This document shows positions 1 to 12,914 of a DNA stretch of 64,000 nucleotides, piece by piece. Under the pieces are notes generated by a model. It did not search any database and was not told the origin of the DNA. It was given only the letters and a program-made list of their open reading frames with translations. The stretch's first letter is position 1, and each line of letters begins with the position of its first letter. The position numbers and the translations under genes are program-made. Source of the stretch: Moniliella sp. 'wahieum' (taxonomy: Eukaryota); the NCBI GenBank assembly GCA_003971905.1, contig RSEE01000038.1, positions 434,001-498,000 of the forward strand, given 5' to 3'.

Positions 1-765
1 ACGTTCATCTCCCTATCCAGTCAGCATTCGATTAGCTATATCTAGAGAGGCTCGGGTCCCCCCCGGCCTGCTACTATTGGACGGTGAGTGTGCGAGAGTT
101 GCTCAGAAAATGCCGATGCGCGCTGAGCGATCCAAGTACTAGACGAAACATTTCCCCTGCTCATGCGCTCATGCCTAGTCTTGCACCTGACGTGAATTTG
201 AGCAGGAGTAACACTTGATGCTCGTGTATTCTGAACCGCATCGAGGTGGTTAAAGAGGTATTTTGTGTTGGATACAGGTTTCGCTTGCTTGAACAAGACG
301 CGGATATACTTCTCTCGCCGTCGTCTCGAAGAAGGGGAAAACGAATACAGGGCATTGGTATTCGTTCGTTGGTGGGGGCAGAATCAAGTCGCGCCCCGCA
401 ACCGTCGGAGTGTTCCAACACCCTTGGGCCCCCCTGCCCCTTCAAATCGGGGCTGGGCCTTGCATTACTTAGAGCCTTGGTACGTCCGCTTCCGCCGGTT
501 TACGCGACACTGCAATTGACAATCGCCCACAGGCCGCACAAATTTGGAAGCACACCAAGGTGCCCGGGTGCTAGGGTTATATTTTCCTCCTGCCTCGTTG
601 GCTGGCGTGGCGCCTGGTGCCTGGCCGCACTAGGCAAGTGTCTGTCGGGGCCAGGAAAGAAAAATTGGCGCGAGGCAGCCTAGGGCAGCCGGCTCTGCCA
701 GAGCTGTCTGGGTCGTCGTCGCCGCGCTCCCGGCAAGCGCTGCTCTGCTCGCCATCACCACCACC

Positions 766-2417
766 ATGGGTACGTCCGCCCCTCCTCCCCCCCAGCTCGC
801 ATGTGCGTCTCCATCTGACGCTCCCTCCCCCCAGCACCGAAGAAGGGCAACAAGAAGGTTTCTCTCAACGCATTCCTCAATGCTAACCCCAAGAACGACT
901 GGGCCGATGACGACTTTGACCTCCCCACTGCCCCGGCCGCCAAGGATCCTTCGTTCGGTGGCAGCGGCCTAGACTTTGCTCCTGACCGCAAGGACCGCGA
1001 TGCTGGTGGTTGGGGTTCGGGAGGATATGGGCGCGAGCCGCGTGAGCCCCGGCCGGATGTGCCGCTGCCGACCGAGCCTCCCTTCACTGCCTTTGTGGGC
1101 AGCATGAGCTTTGACTCGACCGATTCTGACCTCGAGGCCTTCTTCGAAGGTCTGCCCATCAAGTCGATCCGCATCGTGACGGAAGGATTCTCGGGAAAGA
1201 GCAAGGGCTTTGGCTATGTCGAATTTGACACGCTCGAGGCGCTGCAGGACGCACTTGCCCGTACCGGTGGCGTGGTTACTGGCCGTCCGGTGCGCATCTC
1301 GGTCGCTGAACCCCCGCGCCACTCTGGCGGCTTCTCCGCTGCCGACAGTGCAGACCAGTGGCGCCGTTCGGGACCGGGTAACGAGCACTCGCTCCTCTTC
1401 CCGCGGTTTCGGGCATGGCTTTGAAGATGGTCCGTCGGGCTTTGACTCGATGGATGTGTCGGGCGGTGTGCGGGCCGGGTTCGGGTCCAAGTTCAACCCG
1501 GCTGCTGCTCCCCCGCGCTCGAGCCGCTTCGGAGGCGGAGAATTTGACCCTGCGGCGGGCGATGATGCTGCGAACTGGCGTACGGGCAAGCCGGTCGAGT
1601 CCCGCACGCCGCCCACGCGGCAATTCTCGCACGGCCCAGGGGCGGGGGAGGACGTGGTGCTGGACCGCTCGGCGTTTGGGCAGAAGGTCAACCACGCGCC
1701 TGTGCCGGACCAGCGTCCGGAACGGCCTGGCCGCATGGGCTTTGGCCGTTCGACGGAGGGTGAGGTGACCCTGGACCGGTCCGCCTTTGGCTCCAAGATG
1801 CCGGCGCCGGCACCGGAGCAGCAGCCGCGCCGGGGGTTCTTTGAGCGCCGCACGAGCAGCCACCCTACCTCCCCTGGCGCTACCCCGGCCGAGGAGGCGG
1901 ACCAATGGCGTCGCTCGAGCCCTGTTGCGCCCAGTGCGCCGCGCGAGCGGCAGCACCTCAAGCTGCAGCCGCGTAGCACTGCCCTGCCCCCCGTCGGGAG
2001 TGAGGCGACCCCCCACACGGGAAGCCGTCTCCCTTTGGTTCGGCCAAACCCGTGGACAGTGCCGAGCGGGAGAAGGAGATTGCCGCCCGGATGGAAGAGC
2101 GTCGTCGTCAGGAGCAAGAGAGCGCAAGCAGCGCCAGGCTTCGGAGACCAAGCCTGCGCCCGAGGCCGAGGCGGGAGGAGGCACCGAAGCACCCCGCCAC
2201 CAACCCGTGGAAGTCTGTGTCGAGCAAGAAGTCGCCCGAGACGAGTAAGAAGACTCCTCAGGCGAGGAAGGGCTCCCCTTCCAAGGAAGCCTCCACTGAG
2301 CCGACCAAGGCCCGGGAGACGGCTCCTACCGGCGCTTGGGGTACCGGGCGTACTCCTTGGGAGGCACTGGCTACCAAGGAGGTGGAGGAGAAGCTCGAGG
2401 AGACCAAGTTGGCTTGA
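766..2417 (+). CDS. TIF3: Translation initiation factor eIF4B (RRM protein); intron 770-834; frameshifts near 1390 and 2030
   Basis: ATG-G, then a GTACGT...CTGAC...CAG intron. Spliced N-terminus MAPKKGNKKVSLNAFL...DWADDDFDLP, followed by an RRM (PPFTAFVGSMSF; KSKGFGYVEF), repeated ADQWRR/ANWR motifs, and a PFGSAKPVDSAEREKEIAARMEERR segment typical of eIF4B. Confidence 0.9.
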
Positions 2418-2893
2418 CAGGTTCCAGCCCTTGCGTCCCGTACGACACTTATGCAATTCGAGCGTCTTTGGACCGCTCTCCGCTCTTGTGCCTCCTGACA
2501 CGAGAAAAAAAAACTGTTCCAGGTGAGCTGCGCCCAGTAGGTGCATGGCACAGCACTTCCCCCTCTCCCCCTCTCCCCCTCTCCACCCGTCCCCTGTCCC
2601 ATTTGACGTCCATCTCGCGCGTTGTTAGTTCACCCCTCCGCGGTTCCCAGGGCAATCAATCTATTTGGGGACATTCTGCTACCTTATTAACCCTCTTCCT
2701 TGGTATTCATTTGCCCTTCCAACCAACCTCTTGACTCTGTAGATGCCTTTTGTCGACTATCGCTGTAGGAAGAATTCGCATGGGTTTGTGTTTTTTTTTG
2801 AAACGGTAACTGTAAAGCGACATCAATTCAATGCACAGATGTGACGGGCCGAGCCTAGAAAGCAGAGGAAACCTCACAAGCAACAAAGCACGC

Positions 2894-4478
2894 CTAGGGG
2901 GGCGACAAGCCCGCTGCCGCCCACGTATCCTCAATCGCGAGTTTCAGCATGGTTAGGCCTTTCTTGGCCATCGCCGCATCCGCAACCTGACTGAACGACA
3001 CACGGAGGTAAGGCGAGACGCGTTGGTCCGGGTAGAAGAGGAAACCTGGGACGGCCACCACACCACGATCCAGAGCATACTGGATGAACGCCTTGGCGTC
3101 CCCTTCTGCACTCTCCTTGGTTGGCGGTAGTTTCAACTTGAGCCAGAGAAACATACCTGCCGCGGGGGTGACCCACGAAGCCAGTTCCTTCCCACTTTTT
3201 CGCCCAGGACCTCGCTGGCCACCTGCTCAAACTCGTCCCGCTTGTTGCGGTAGAACAGAGCCGCGCGATCGCACGAACGCAAAAACCCTTCCTCGCCCCA
3301 ATACTGCAACAAGGTGGCAGTCATGGCCGCGGCGGGACCGCTGGCTTGCATGCTGGACGCGGTACCTACCGTGTCCAGCGCCTCAATCACTTCTTTCGGC
3401 CCCGTCACGTACCCCACCCGCATGCCAGCCGAGACAATCTTGCTAAACGAGTCCATCCGCACCACACGACCGTCGCCCCAAATCTCAATGTCTTCTTGCT
3501 CGAGGGAGAAATACGACTTGGTACGAGGCCGGGTCACCGGGTCGTCAACCCCCAGGCCTTGGTCAAAGGCCAGATAGTAGTACGGGTCATCTTCGATGAT
3601 AATCAACCCGTACTTGCGCGTGAGGGAGAGGATGTGGCGCTTGCGCTGGGTCGTGGCAGAGGTACCAGAAGGATTTCCACCCACGGGAACCGTGTAGATG
3701 GCTTTGGGGAAGCGCTTGTGCTTTGTTTCAGGAGCAGTGTACCAGTTGGCCAGCGTTGCCTCGAGTCCGACATGACTCAGTCCACCCGCATCGGTAGGAA
3801 CCGGGTGAGGATCGGCACCAATAGTCAGGATGCAAGGAAGAACACCGCTAAAGAAATGTTGTTAGTGGGGACCACGGAGAGGGGAAAAAAGGGGGGGACG
3901 TACGGATAGGTAGGGGCCTCCACCAAGATGGTATCCCCCTTGTTCAACAAGGTTTTGAACACCTTGTCAATCACGTCTTGGATTCCAGCCCCAAACGCAA
4001 TCCCCCAAGGGGTGTGGGGGGTGGACTTGCCGTGAGCGGGAGCGGTATAGATGGGCCGGTTGTGAGCGAGCGAGGTGTGCTTTACAACCCAGTCGTGAAG
4101 GATGGAGAGTCCGTCGGCCGGACCATATTGCAGGGCTTCCTGGAGGACCTTGTCCTCAATCGAGAGTTGGGTGAGGGTTGATCCATCCTCCCTGTCAGGG
4201 ACCGAGATGGTGAGCCCTTTGAAGGCAAACAACTCGGACGCTGGCAGCCCGCCCCCAAACGAAAGTTTGCCCTTCAGCTGGTCGGGCTTGAAGAGCCCCC
4301 GGATGGAACCGAGGGGCCAGTTCAGGGCCAGGTCGGAAATGTACTTGGTGTAGTCGAGATGCTGCGCTGGTTCGTGCTGCAGCCCTGGTCCAGCCTTATC
4401 TTCCACCACACTGGCCTTGTCGACCTCCCCAGTGGTCGCGAAAGGCAGTTTTTCGTGCACTGCACCGTCTGGGGCCAT
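2894..4478 (-). CDS. PLP-dependent class I/II aminotransferase (Aro8 / 2-aminoadipate transaminase-like); intron 3848-3903
   Basis: Motifs SFGGGLP, ALQYG, LVEAPTYP|GVLP (joined by a GTACGT...CTAAC...AG intron), GGNPSG, IIEDDPYY, DSFSKIVSAGMRVG (PLP lysine), GMFLWL and YLRVSFS. Confidence 0.9.
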
Positions 4479-5979
4479 TGGGGCTGTGGTTGGGGAAGGT
4501 GAGGAAAGATGTTGCCCATGTTTGCAGGAGGGGACGCGGCGGGGGTTGCTTTAAGGAGGTGGCGGGGAAGACAAAAGGGACGAGTCAGAGGCTGGCGCTC
4601 GTCTGATGCATCTGATGGCCCACATCACGTTCATCGCTCCAGAGCTGAGCATCAAACACGAGGTCTGTAGCCGTGTACAGTGTGCCAGTTTCTTATCTCC
4701 GACGCTCGCGATAAGAGCCGTTGAAGGAGGGCATCACGTGGGTACGCCAGATACTCAAGCACTGATCATCGATCGTTGAGATCGGCTCATGCATCGTCCT
4801 TGGGCGTAGGGGCACAAGCTGCTATCAGGATCCACGTCTGCTCCACATTCACAGTGTTGGTTGCAACGAGGGGAGGACGGTATTAATGGCTCAGGCTGGT
4901 GTTCACGCGTCACAACTAAGGTGGTTTTTGTTATCGAAGAGGTTACCTGTTACATGTTACCGGTTATCGCTTCTCGGCTACTTTTGTGGCATTGGCCCAA
5001 CTGATGCACTCCTACTGTGGGATGGATAAGGCCTGAGGGTCGATGAGAGATGAGAGTACCCCTGGGTATATAACTCAACAGCAGTGTGAAGGACAGGTCG
5101 GATATCTTCTGCCCGAGTATCGACTTTAGTGGGCCGGCACCGCTGGTGACCGGGTGACCTCCGAGAGCATTATGCTGGAAGAGGTTGCAACTTGAAGTTT
5201 GGGTACTAGAGTCATAAGTTTGACGGTGGTCCGTGGAAGTTCTCAGGATCTCTCAGGCCTGACCTCAGGCCTCAGGGCCACCGCTGCTGACCAACACGGT
5301 CAGGGAGATGTCCTCTGTGGTCCTGAGATGGGCTGGGCATCTGAGGTTTGTCAATGATGCATGATGGGTCCATGATCGAGGATCGAGCGTCGGGAGTTGC
5401 TGGCTGTCGGCGGGTGTCCCAGTGTAACATGCAAACGTTAAACGTTAAACATGCTAGGGGCCCTTAGGCCTTAGGCCTTATGGTAGGAACCCGACTAGGC
5501 AAGTGTGCAACTAGCCGGCGGAATCAGTCACTCATGCGCGCTTCGGGAAGGCGGAATGTGCCACGTGCAAGTTCCGATGCGCACATCCCCATTCCATCCA
5601 TCCCATTTTGCGGGGACGACGCATTGCAAGCCCATGCATGCACGGCGCGCGACGTCGCACGGGGGCAGCCACCGCTCCAGCACTAGGGTTCGGGGGGACA
5701 CAGGGCCGATCCAAGCCGATCCAGACGGCAGAAACGATCGGTTCACCAGCCCCAGCAGGGCGCCAGTGTGCCGTGGGGATGGGCCGGGCCCATGCTTCAG
5801 GCACCCCACCAGTGTCGCCTGTGCCACCCCGCCCTGTCCACTGGCTCACCGCGGGCCAACGCTGTGCCCGGCCATCTCCAGCACCACCACCGCCTTCCCA
5901 GCCTTTCCCTCGCCTGCCTCCACCGTCGCTGGCCCGCGCACGCACCGCATCCGAGTCGACGCCTTCACCTCCATCCGCC

Positions 5980-6722
5980 ATGGGCCGTGCAACTGACTTT
6001 TGCTGCTTTGTGCGTTGCTGTCTCGGCCGCTCCCGACCCGCCGACGGGACGGAAAACTGACGCGTTTTTTTTTTTTTTTTCTTTTTCCACTGCAGGCGCT
6101 GCCGCTCTTCAACAGTGGTACCTATGGCATCCTCCTCCTCAACTTCCTCATGGGCATTGCTACATGCGCGATTGCATTTGGCCCTCCTGAAATTGTAGCG
6201 CTCTCGGGCGTGTCGTTGGCCTGGACCAAGTACCTGATTGGCATCATCGCCATCTTGCTGGCAGTCTGGCAAGCGGTGGGCGTCCTTGGTATTTCGTCTG
6301 AGCGACCGAGCATCTTTCGTCTCTACCTCCAAGTCCACCGCATTTCCCTGCTTCTCCTTTTGCTCTTCTCGGTCATTCCTTATTGTGGGAGGTGCGCAAC
6401 ACCACAAGGTCACGTCCCACTGCCTTGTCAAGTTCGGCTTCAACCCCCCTGTGAATACGTCCAACGTACCCGACTTCCAGAGCTTTCACAGCGACACGTA
6501 CCGGACAGTCAGCTCCAAACTGTGCGACGAGTTCATTTGGGCCCAGGTGGGGTGCTTGTCGGGTCTGATCGTTATCCTGACTGGGTTGGAGGTACGTTTG
6601 GCTCTGCGCGACATTAGACCAGCCGTCCTGTACTAACCCGAGTTGCTCAGTTGTACTTTGTCTCCATGCTCACGCTCTACAGCCGCAAGATGTTTGACTC
6701 GGCTGAGCACTACAAGGCTTGA
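5980..6722 (+). CDS. Small multi-pass (about 4 TM) membrane protein, three exons
   Basis: MGRATDFCCF|ALPLFNSGTYGILLLNF... joined across a GTGCGT...CTGAC...CAG intron (about 6010-6095). Hydrophobic segments and a Cys-containing loop. Second intron GTACGT...TACTAAC...CAG (about 6592-6650). Last exon LYFVSMLTLYSRKMFDSAEHYKA*. Confidence 0.7.
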
Positions 6723-7493
6723 TTCGTGCGCCGAGGTTCCAGTCCCGCCCTTCCCCCCCATCCATCATGATCCTGCTCTCAGTTTTCCTCGTATCGGGAT
6801 TTTTGCCGCTATCGCCACCAGTGCCGTTCTTTTCCCCTTTCCCTTTCCCTTTTCGTGTAGCTTTGTATTCTTGTTTTTTTATCCCCCCCCCCCCACACAA
6901 GCCATCCTCTTGCGTTATCGATTATCGCTGGCCAATTCCTGTAAGGGCCGTTTGGTACCAACCAGACTATAAAGCTGATGCGTCGATACACCTGGAGTAC
7001 CTCTCATGTCAAGCGGCGCAGCAATGTTCATATCGTCCCAGCGAAGGGTTAAGATCAAGGTAGTGACAGTGGCGGTGTCAGCGTGAACGTGAACATGAAC
7101 GTGACGGCGGCCTAGTCGAAACCCCGAAACCCACTCACTACACTACTCACCACCGGCAAAAGCGCTCTGAGCTGAGGCGATCGGTACGCGAGTGCAAAAT
7201 GGAACTTTGAGACGAGCTATGAGGAACATGGTGCACCAACGTAAAATAAATTGAAGATAGCCCAAGTCATCGGGAGGCCCAAACCGGAAGAGGGTAGTCT
7301 GTCGAGGATGATCGATGAAGGCTACCAGAGGGAGGTTTGGTAATAATGGAAACAGTAACAAAAAAAGGAAGGGACCGGGGACCAACAACTGTCTATATCC
7401 GGGCGCAGAGAAGAGCAGAGAAACGTAAAGGTAGCATGCCAGCACGCGGTACGGTACGGCCCATAACGTAGAACTCAGAGCGAGTAGGCCTCT

Positions 7494-9044
7494 TCATCTT
7501 GAATGGTGGAAGGGGTAGGATGGGAAGGAGAATGCGATGGCGACGCGTTGCCCTCCTCCTCGTTCAGGGGGGCGAGGATCGGCGCGGGGAGCCCCTTGGC
7601 TGCTGAAGCGGGGCGGGAGCAGAGCGTGCGCTCCCTTGGCCTGGTTGCCTACCGCGGGGCGGGTGTCAAGAAGCGGAATGGCAAATGAACCAGAAGACCT
7701 GGCGGACGAACCGGATAGGGTGGACTGCATCGTTGCTCGGTGGTCGGCCCCGTGGTGCGGGGGGACAACCACGCGGATCACACCGGTTGGATCCTCGAAT
7801 GGGTTGGACACTACGGATCCTAGCTGCTGCTGCGGCTGTGGCTCCTGTTCTGAGGTTGTCTCCGCCCTCTTGGTCTCTTGGGGCTGAGACCGAGGGGCAG
7901 ACTGGTCGCGCGAAGGACGCCGAACAAGTTCGACCTTGCCGGGCTTTTGGAGTTGGACACGAGTGACGACAGCAGGAACGGCCGACATGCCCGACAGACC
8001 CGATGCACCGGAAACGTTGGACCCAATCGTGCCTGTCGAGAGACGGTGCGGATCAACACCGGGCACACCCAAGTGGGAAGGAGAAGGGGTAGGCCGGGTT
8101 GGGTGGCCGGACGGATCGGGAATCGAGGCATGGTCTCCGAACGGATCGAGTTCCTTGGAGTGGGATTGAGGCGAACCGGAATGGACGTCAAGAACGTTCC
8201 GGGGTACAGGTCCGGGCAGAGGGGGGAGATGGGACCAGTTGGGAGCACGACTGGTAGCACGGGAGCGCATCGACTGAAAGTCCTCCTCCACCTCGGTGCG
8301 TTCGCTGATGCGGGACAGGTGGGTAGCAGCCGAGGTGGAGAAACGTTTGGTGAGCGGGTTGACCTGGTCTTGCACTTCCTCTTCATCTTCCTCCTCCTCA
8401 TGACGGTAGGTAGTCAGGCCATCGGAACGTAACTCGGTGTACTCCGTCTCCTCGTCTAGATGCACCGCAGGGACAACGAGTGCCGCACTGCTCTCCCCGC
8501 CAGAGGGGGAAAACGTGACCCGGCCCGGTGCGGGGGAGACGGCGCCAACGGCATCATGGGCCGCGTCGGATTCGCTAAAGCTGATCCTCTGTTCGCCCGG
8601 GAGCGAGGCAGACGGAGGCTCCAGCGGCTCGCGGGTCCCGGGACGAAACTTTTCAGCGGCGGCGGCACGGAGACGAGCCTCATGACGTGCATGGGCAGCA
8701 GCCACTTTGCGACGATGAGATCGGGTGCGGTAGAGCCAAAAGACAAACACGCCCAAGAGAATCCCTCCCAACACACCTCCCACGGCGCCACCAATCTTGG
8801 AACCAGTGTCGCTGTGGGAGGATGCAACGCAGTAGTTATCGGGACAAGAACGGCCACAGGAAAGGGCAACAAGGCGTTGCACGCAGTTGTCGCAGCCGGC
8901 GGGGCAAACAGGGTGGTAAATGGTGGTGTCACAGGTGCACGAGTCCCGGGGCACCAGCTGGGGGGCGAGAAGAGCGAGGTGCTCGGGCGCACGGCCAAAG
9001 GCGCGGGCAGTGTGGTGAGGGTGGGGGCGGGGGGAGTGGCTCAT
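7494..9044 (-). CDS. Opy2-like single-pass membrane anchor (Cys-rich ectodomain, TM, disordered tail)
   Basis: Eight-Cys segment CTCDTTIYHPVCPAGCDNCVQRLVALSCGRSCPDNYC, then TM IGGAVGGVLGGILLGVFVFWLY, a basic stop-transfer segment, and a long S/P-rich tail with DPF/NPF motifs. Confidence 0.65.
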   Translation of the reverse strand: MSHSPRPHPHHTARAFGRAPEHLALLAPQLVPRDSCTCDTTIYHPVCPAGCDNCVQRLVALSCGRSCPDNYCVASSHSDTGSKIGGAVGGVLGGILLGVFVFWLYRTRSHRRKVAAAHARHEARLRAAAAEKFRPGTREPLEPPSASLPGEQRISFSESDAAHDAVGAVSPAPGRVTFSPSGGESSAALVVPAVHLDEETEYTELRSDGLTTYRHEEEEDEEEVQDQVNPLTKRFSTSAATHLSRISERTEVEEDFQSMRSRATSRAPNWSHLPPLPGPVPRNVLDVHSGSPQSHSKELDPFGDHASIPDPSGHPTRPTPSPSHLGVPGVDPHRLSTGTIGSNVSGASGLSGMSAVPAVVTRVQLQKPGKVELVRRPSRDQSAPRSQPQETKRAETTSEQEPQPQQQLGSVVSNPFEDPTGVIRVVVPPHHGADHRATMQSTLSGSSARSSGSFAIPLLDTRPAVGNQAKGAHALLPPRFSSQGAPRADPRPPERGGGQRVAIAFSFPSYPFHHSR

Positions 9045-10117
9045 GGCAGCAGGAGAGGAGGCGTGGCCAGAGCAAAAGGTGAAAGAGGGTGGGGCGGTCG
9101 GAGGAGATGGACGGTCGGGGGATGGGCAACGAAGGATCAAGTCGAGGAGGAGCGTCACGCTGTAACACTGGATTGGATGTTCACGCAGCACGGGGAGGGG
9201 GGGCCTTGCCTTGTCCAGCAAGGAGCCAGGGCGCGTGGGGGCAGGGCAGGGAGCAGGGGGCAGGGGGCGAGGAGGACGACGAGCAAGGCGAGGCAGCAGA
9301 CGGAGGAGGAGGGGAGCAGACGGGGCGAAGAGCGTGCCTGAGACGATGCGGATGCCTGATGAGCGCCTGAGCAGGCTCGCTGAATGTGGGCGGGGCGGCG
9401 GCGACGCAGAGGGGCAAGTGGTCGGAGAAAACGCTCAGGCGTGGTGCGGCGGCGGCGGCGGCGGTGGCTGCCCCCTGCCGCCCTGGCGCCCCAGACCGCA
9501 CAGGGGATGGGTGGCGCCCGGGTGGCTCCCCCCCACCGCGCCTGTGTCGTTACATCATGCATCATCCAGGGTCCATCATGTGCATCATGGGTGGTAGACA
9601 CAGGCCAGATGCCTGGCGGTGGCCGCGGGGAGCGCTCAGCGCGCTGAGAGCGGGACAGCAGGCGTGCACACCGCGGGCGGTCACCGGCACCACTCACCGG
9701 TCACCGGCCAAGCGCGCACTGGCGCAGACAGAGTGCTCGGCATATCGGCCGCGCCTGGGAGCCTGCCGCTTGCCGCAGACGCCTGCCCATCCCGTCTCTC
9801 AGCACAGCACCCACCGCGTCCCCTCGCCCGGCCCCTGACCCCCTCCCCCCGTCGGCTGCCCGCTGCCCACTACGCTTCAGCCTCACGCCGCCATCGGAGT
9901 CTGCCTTGTGCCCAGGCCGAATCGCGGGTCTTGGACGTGGTTTGCGTCGTCTCGTCTTTCATCGTCAAGGCGACAAGACAATGATTCATCCCTTTTATAT
10001 ACTTCCGCCTTGGGCTGCCTTTCCCCCACCATGCCGCACACACGGCACCGCCATGATGCATCTAGCCCTGCCGCGAGCCATAGGGCTACTACGATGCCTC
10101 CTTCTGGACAGCGGAGA

Positions 10118-12436
10118 CTAGGAAGCAGAGTGGGACAGGGTAGAAAGAATATTCATCACCCAGCCCTGCTGGAACATGCCACGGAATCCCCTCGTAGCAG
10201 CATTCCGTGCCCCTATGTCGCGTCCTTTCCCGACACCCCCCCGTCGGTGGATCTGGCACGACGAGCGCGTCCCCGACTGGAGTGCCCTCCCGGGGCCCAG
10301 CCAGGAGTTCTTTGGCCAGACGGGAAGCCACCTCGAAAGACCAGCCGTCGCCCGCGGCCGCCGGCGCCCCTTTCCCTTCGCCGCCGCCGCCTTGGCCGCC
10401 AATTCTTGAGCCTTCTTCTCATCGAGCAGATCGAGGTGCAGCTGCTCCTCCAACCATTCATCCCCCCTTTCGCAAAGGGGGCGCCACAGCCTCTCGCCCT
10501 CTGGTCCCGAAGGCGCGACATCCCTCACGAGCAAGTTGTTGACCACCGCGTTGACCTTGGCAGCGATCGAGCCGGGCGGGACGTCCTGGGCCTGGGCCTG
10601 GGCCCGGGCGGCAAGTTCGAGTGGGGAGAGGGAGGTGGAAGGGTCGGTGCCTCGCTGCGCATCAACCGCCGCGAGCGCTGCGTCAATATCGGCGGGCGGT
10701 GGGAAGCGGAAATGGGGACCCGGGTTGATCCGTGCCTGAGCGCCACCAAAAGAGAAACAAAGGCAAAGTAACCAGTCGCGCCATCGTCAAAATGGTTCTC
10801 TCGCGCTTTGAGCACATCCGCCTGGGAAGCCCAGTGGGACAACTCGGGTTGCAATCCCTCCTCTTCCTCGCCCGAGGCCAAGCCACGGTTGCCGCCCTTG
10901 CGGAACGCACTTCCTCGCCCCGAGCTCTGGCCTTTCCCCTTGGGAACGTTGACGCGGCGCAAAGGACGGTAGTCCAGTAGGTCGCGGAATGCCACCCCTG
11001 CGGCTGACCATTGAAAGAATCCCACCCGACTGCCCTCAAGACGCGGCAGCGGTCTCAGTCCCGAAATGAGTTTCTCGCGTGCGATGGCCACTTGGTCCAC
11101 CTGGCCTGGTTGGGTACGCGACTTGCGTTTGGCATTTTCACCCTCGACGGGGTGGACAGGCAACAGGTTGCCCAACGCGTCCAATTTCATCCGGCCCGAC
11201 TTGGATTCCGACAGGAGAAAGTCCATCTCTTTGCTTTGGGCATACTCGAGCGACTCAAAGTAGAGCCCACCGCGGTACCGAATCGGGACCCGTTTCCGCT
11301 GGATCCGCGCCGGATCATACGCGTCGCCCGGGACAGGCTCCCGCTCTTGCGGAAGAAAAATGTACATGCCCACCACATCGCCGGGGCCAAACGCTTGGCC
11401 ATAGGGAACGGGGCGGGCAATCGTCACCCGTTCCCCGCCTTGGTCGCGGAAGCCATAGGAATACGCATCGAATCCCACCGGTGCATTCAGCGTTGACTCG
11501 TGCCGGCCCCATCCGAGCCGAACATGTGGACCGTCCTTCATTTTGCTCCACTCTGGGCCGGGCGTACGAGCTTCGCCCGGTAGGCCAGGTGCGATGGGGC
11601 GGTGCGGGTGAGGACTGTGGGGCATGGGAGAGTTGGTCCCGGAAAGATCAGTGACGGGTGGGCCGGGGGGAAGGATTTCGACCACAACATACACCCTCCC
11701 TGGCGGACGGGCACGTTGGCTCTGGCAGAACGGAAGCCGCGGTCGGTCGAGACCACATCCGCCGTCTCGGAGATGGAGGTGTACACCGAACGGCCCTGCC
11801 ACGACCAATGCACCCCACTGGGCGCCATAGGCAGGGTACGATAGACGGTCAAGGGAAGAATGTCGGCCGCCGGGCCGGCCGTCTCGTACTGCCACCCGTT
11901 GCGACACATGGGACAGGTGGTCGTTTGGCCCAAGGGGCCATCGGGGCCAAGCGTAGTGCCTTCCGCCCACTGCGGTGCAGGGTGGATCCAAGTCGCGTCG
12001 CCCAGCTCGGGAATGGGACCGCGAAAGTCGCTGGGGGTGCGAAGGTGGGGCGGGCAATCTTTCGCATTCTCTGTGGAGGTGGGGCGGGGAGGCTTGGGTG
12101 TGCTGGAGCGGCGGGAAGAGCGGCCAGAGCGGCGGCGGGAGGGAGCCGCGCGATGGTCCTCCTCCTGGTCGGGAGAGCGCCGGCCAATCTCGTCGAGGAG
12201 GTGAGGCGCAGCCTTGTACAGAAACTCGTGCACGTCGCCTGCCTTGCGCTTTTGGCCATGGGGCGGAGTCGGGGCCGAGGAGGTGGGGGCGGAGGCAAGC
12301 GACGGCGCGTCCGACTCGATGGCGGGGCTGGCGACGGGCTCCATCCCACGCCTTGCTCCGACTCTGGCTCAGACGGGGGCGGCACAGCAGGCGCGTCGGC
12401 CGCCGAGGCGAGAGGGGCTGGTGAAGCGCTGGCCAT
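10118..12436 (-). CDS. ASH2: Ash2/Bre2 SPRY-domain subunit of Set1/COMPASS (frameshifted; ends approximate)
   Basis: DRGFRSARANVPVRQG, HVRLGWGRHESTLNAPVGFDAYSYGFRD, YGQAFGPGDVVGMYIFLP, RKRVPIRYRGGLYFESLEY, and C-terminal WRPLCER...DLLDE. Confidence 0.88.
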
Positions 12437-12914
12437 CCACGCGTACCGGCGGTCGTGGTGGGTTGGCGACGCCCTCGCCTTCTTCTACGCCCTGGGGGCA
12501 CGGACGCGCGACGCGTGACGCGCGACGCTTGACGCGACGGCGTTTTGCACATTTCAATCCCAAGTCCGCCTCACGCCGTGGTGGCGCTCGCAAACCGAGT
12601 AACTAGCAACGAGTAGCTAGTAGCTGGCCACTAGCTTACTTACCAGGGAGCCATAACTTTGTACGTGTCTGGCGCTGCCCGACTTGGCTTACAGTAGACT
12701 CTCATCACTTTTCCCCCGCCTACTGGAATTCAGATGATGGGAAGGTATGCCAACAATGTTGAGGTCTGCATAATGGGGTCCGAAACCAGGTTGAGCTCGA
12801 CAAAAAGAATCAAAAGGGGCGTTTGTACAGTATCGTGGGTCGCGTGAAGGCAGGCGATTTGAGGGGGAGCGGCGAGACGAGGCCGCGGGCACAGATGGGT
12901 AGTATGTGCATCGG

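Noticed and set aside
969..2546. Long antisense and alternate-frame ORFs here and throughout the window (e.g. 8460-9341, 24597-25712, 59990-61120)
   Set aside because: Shadow ORFs expected in GC-rich coding DNA. They have R/G/P/A-biased composition and no motifs.
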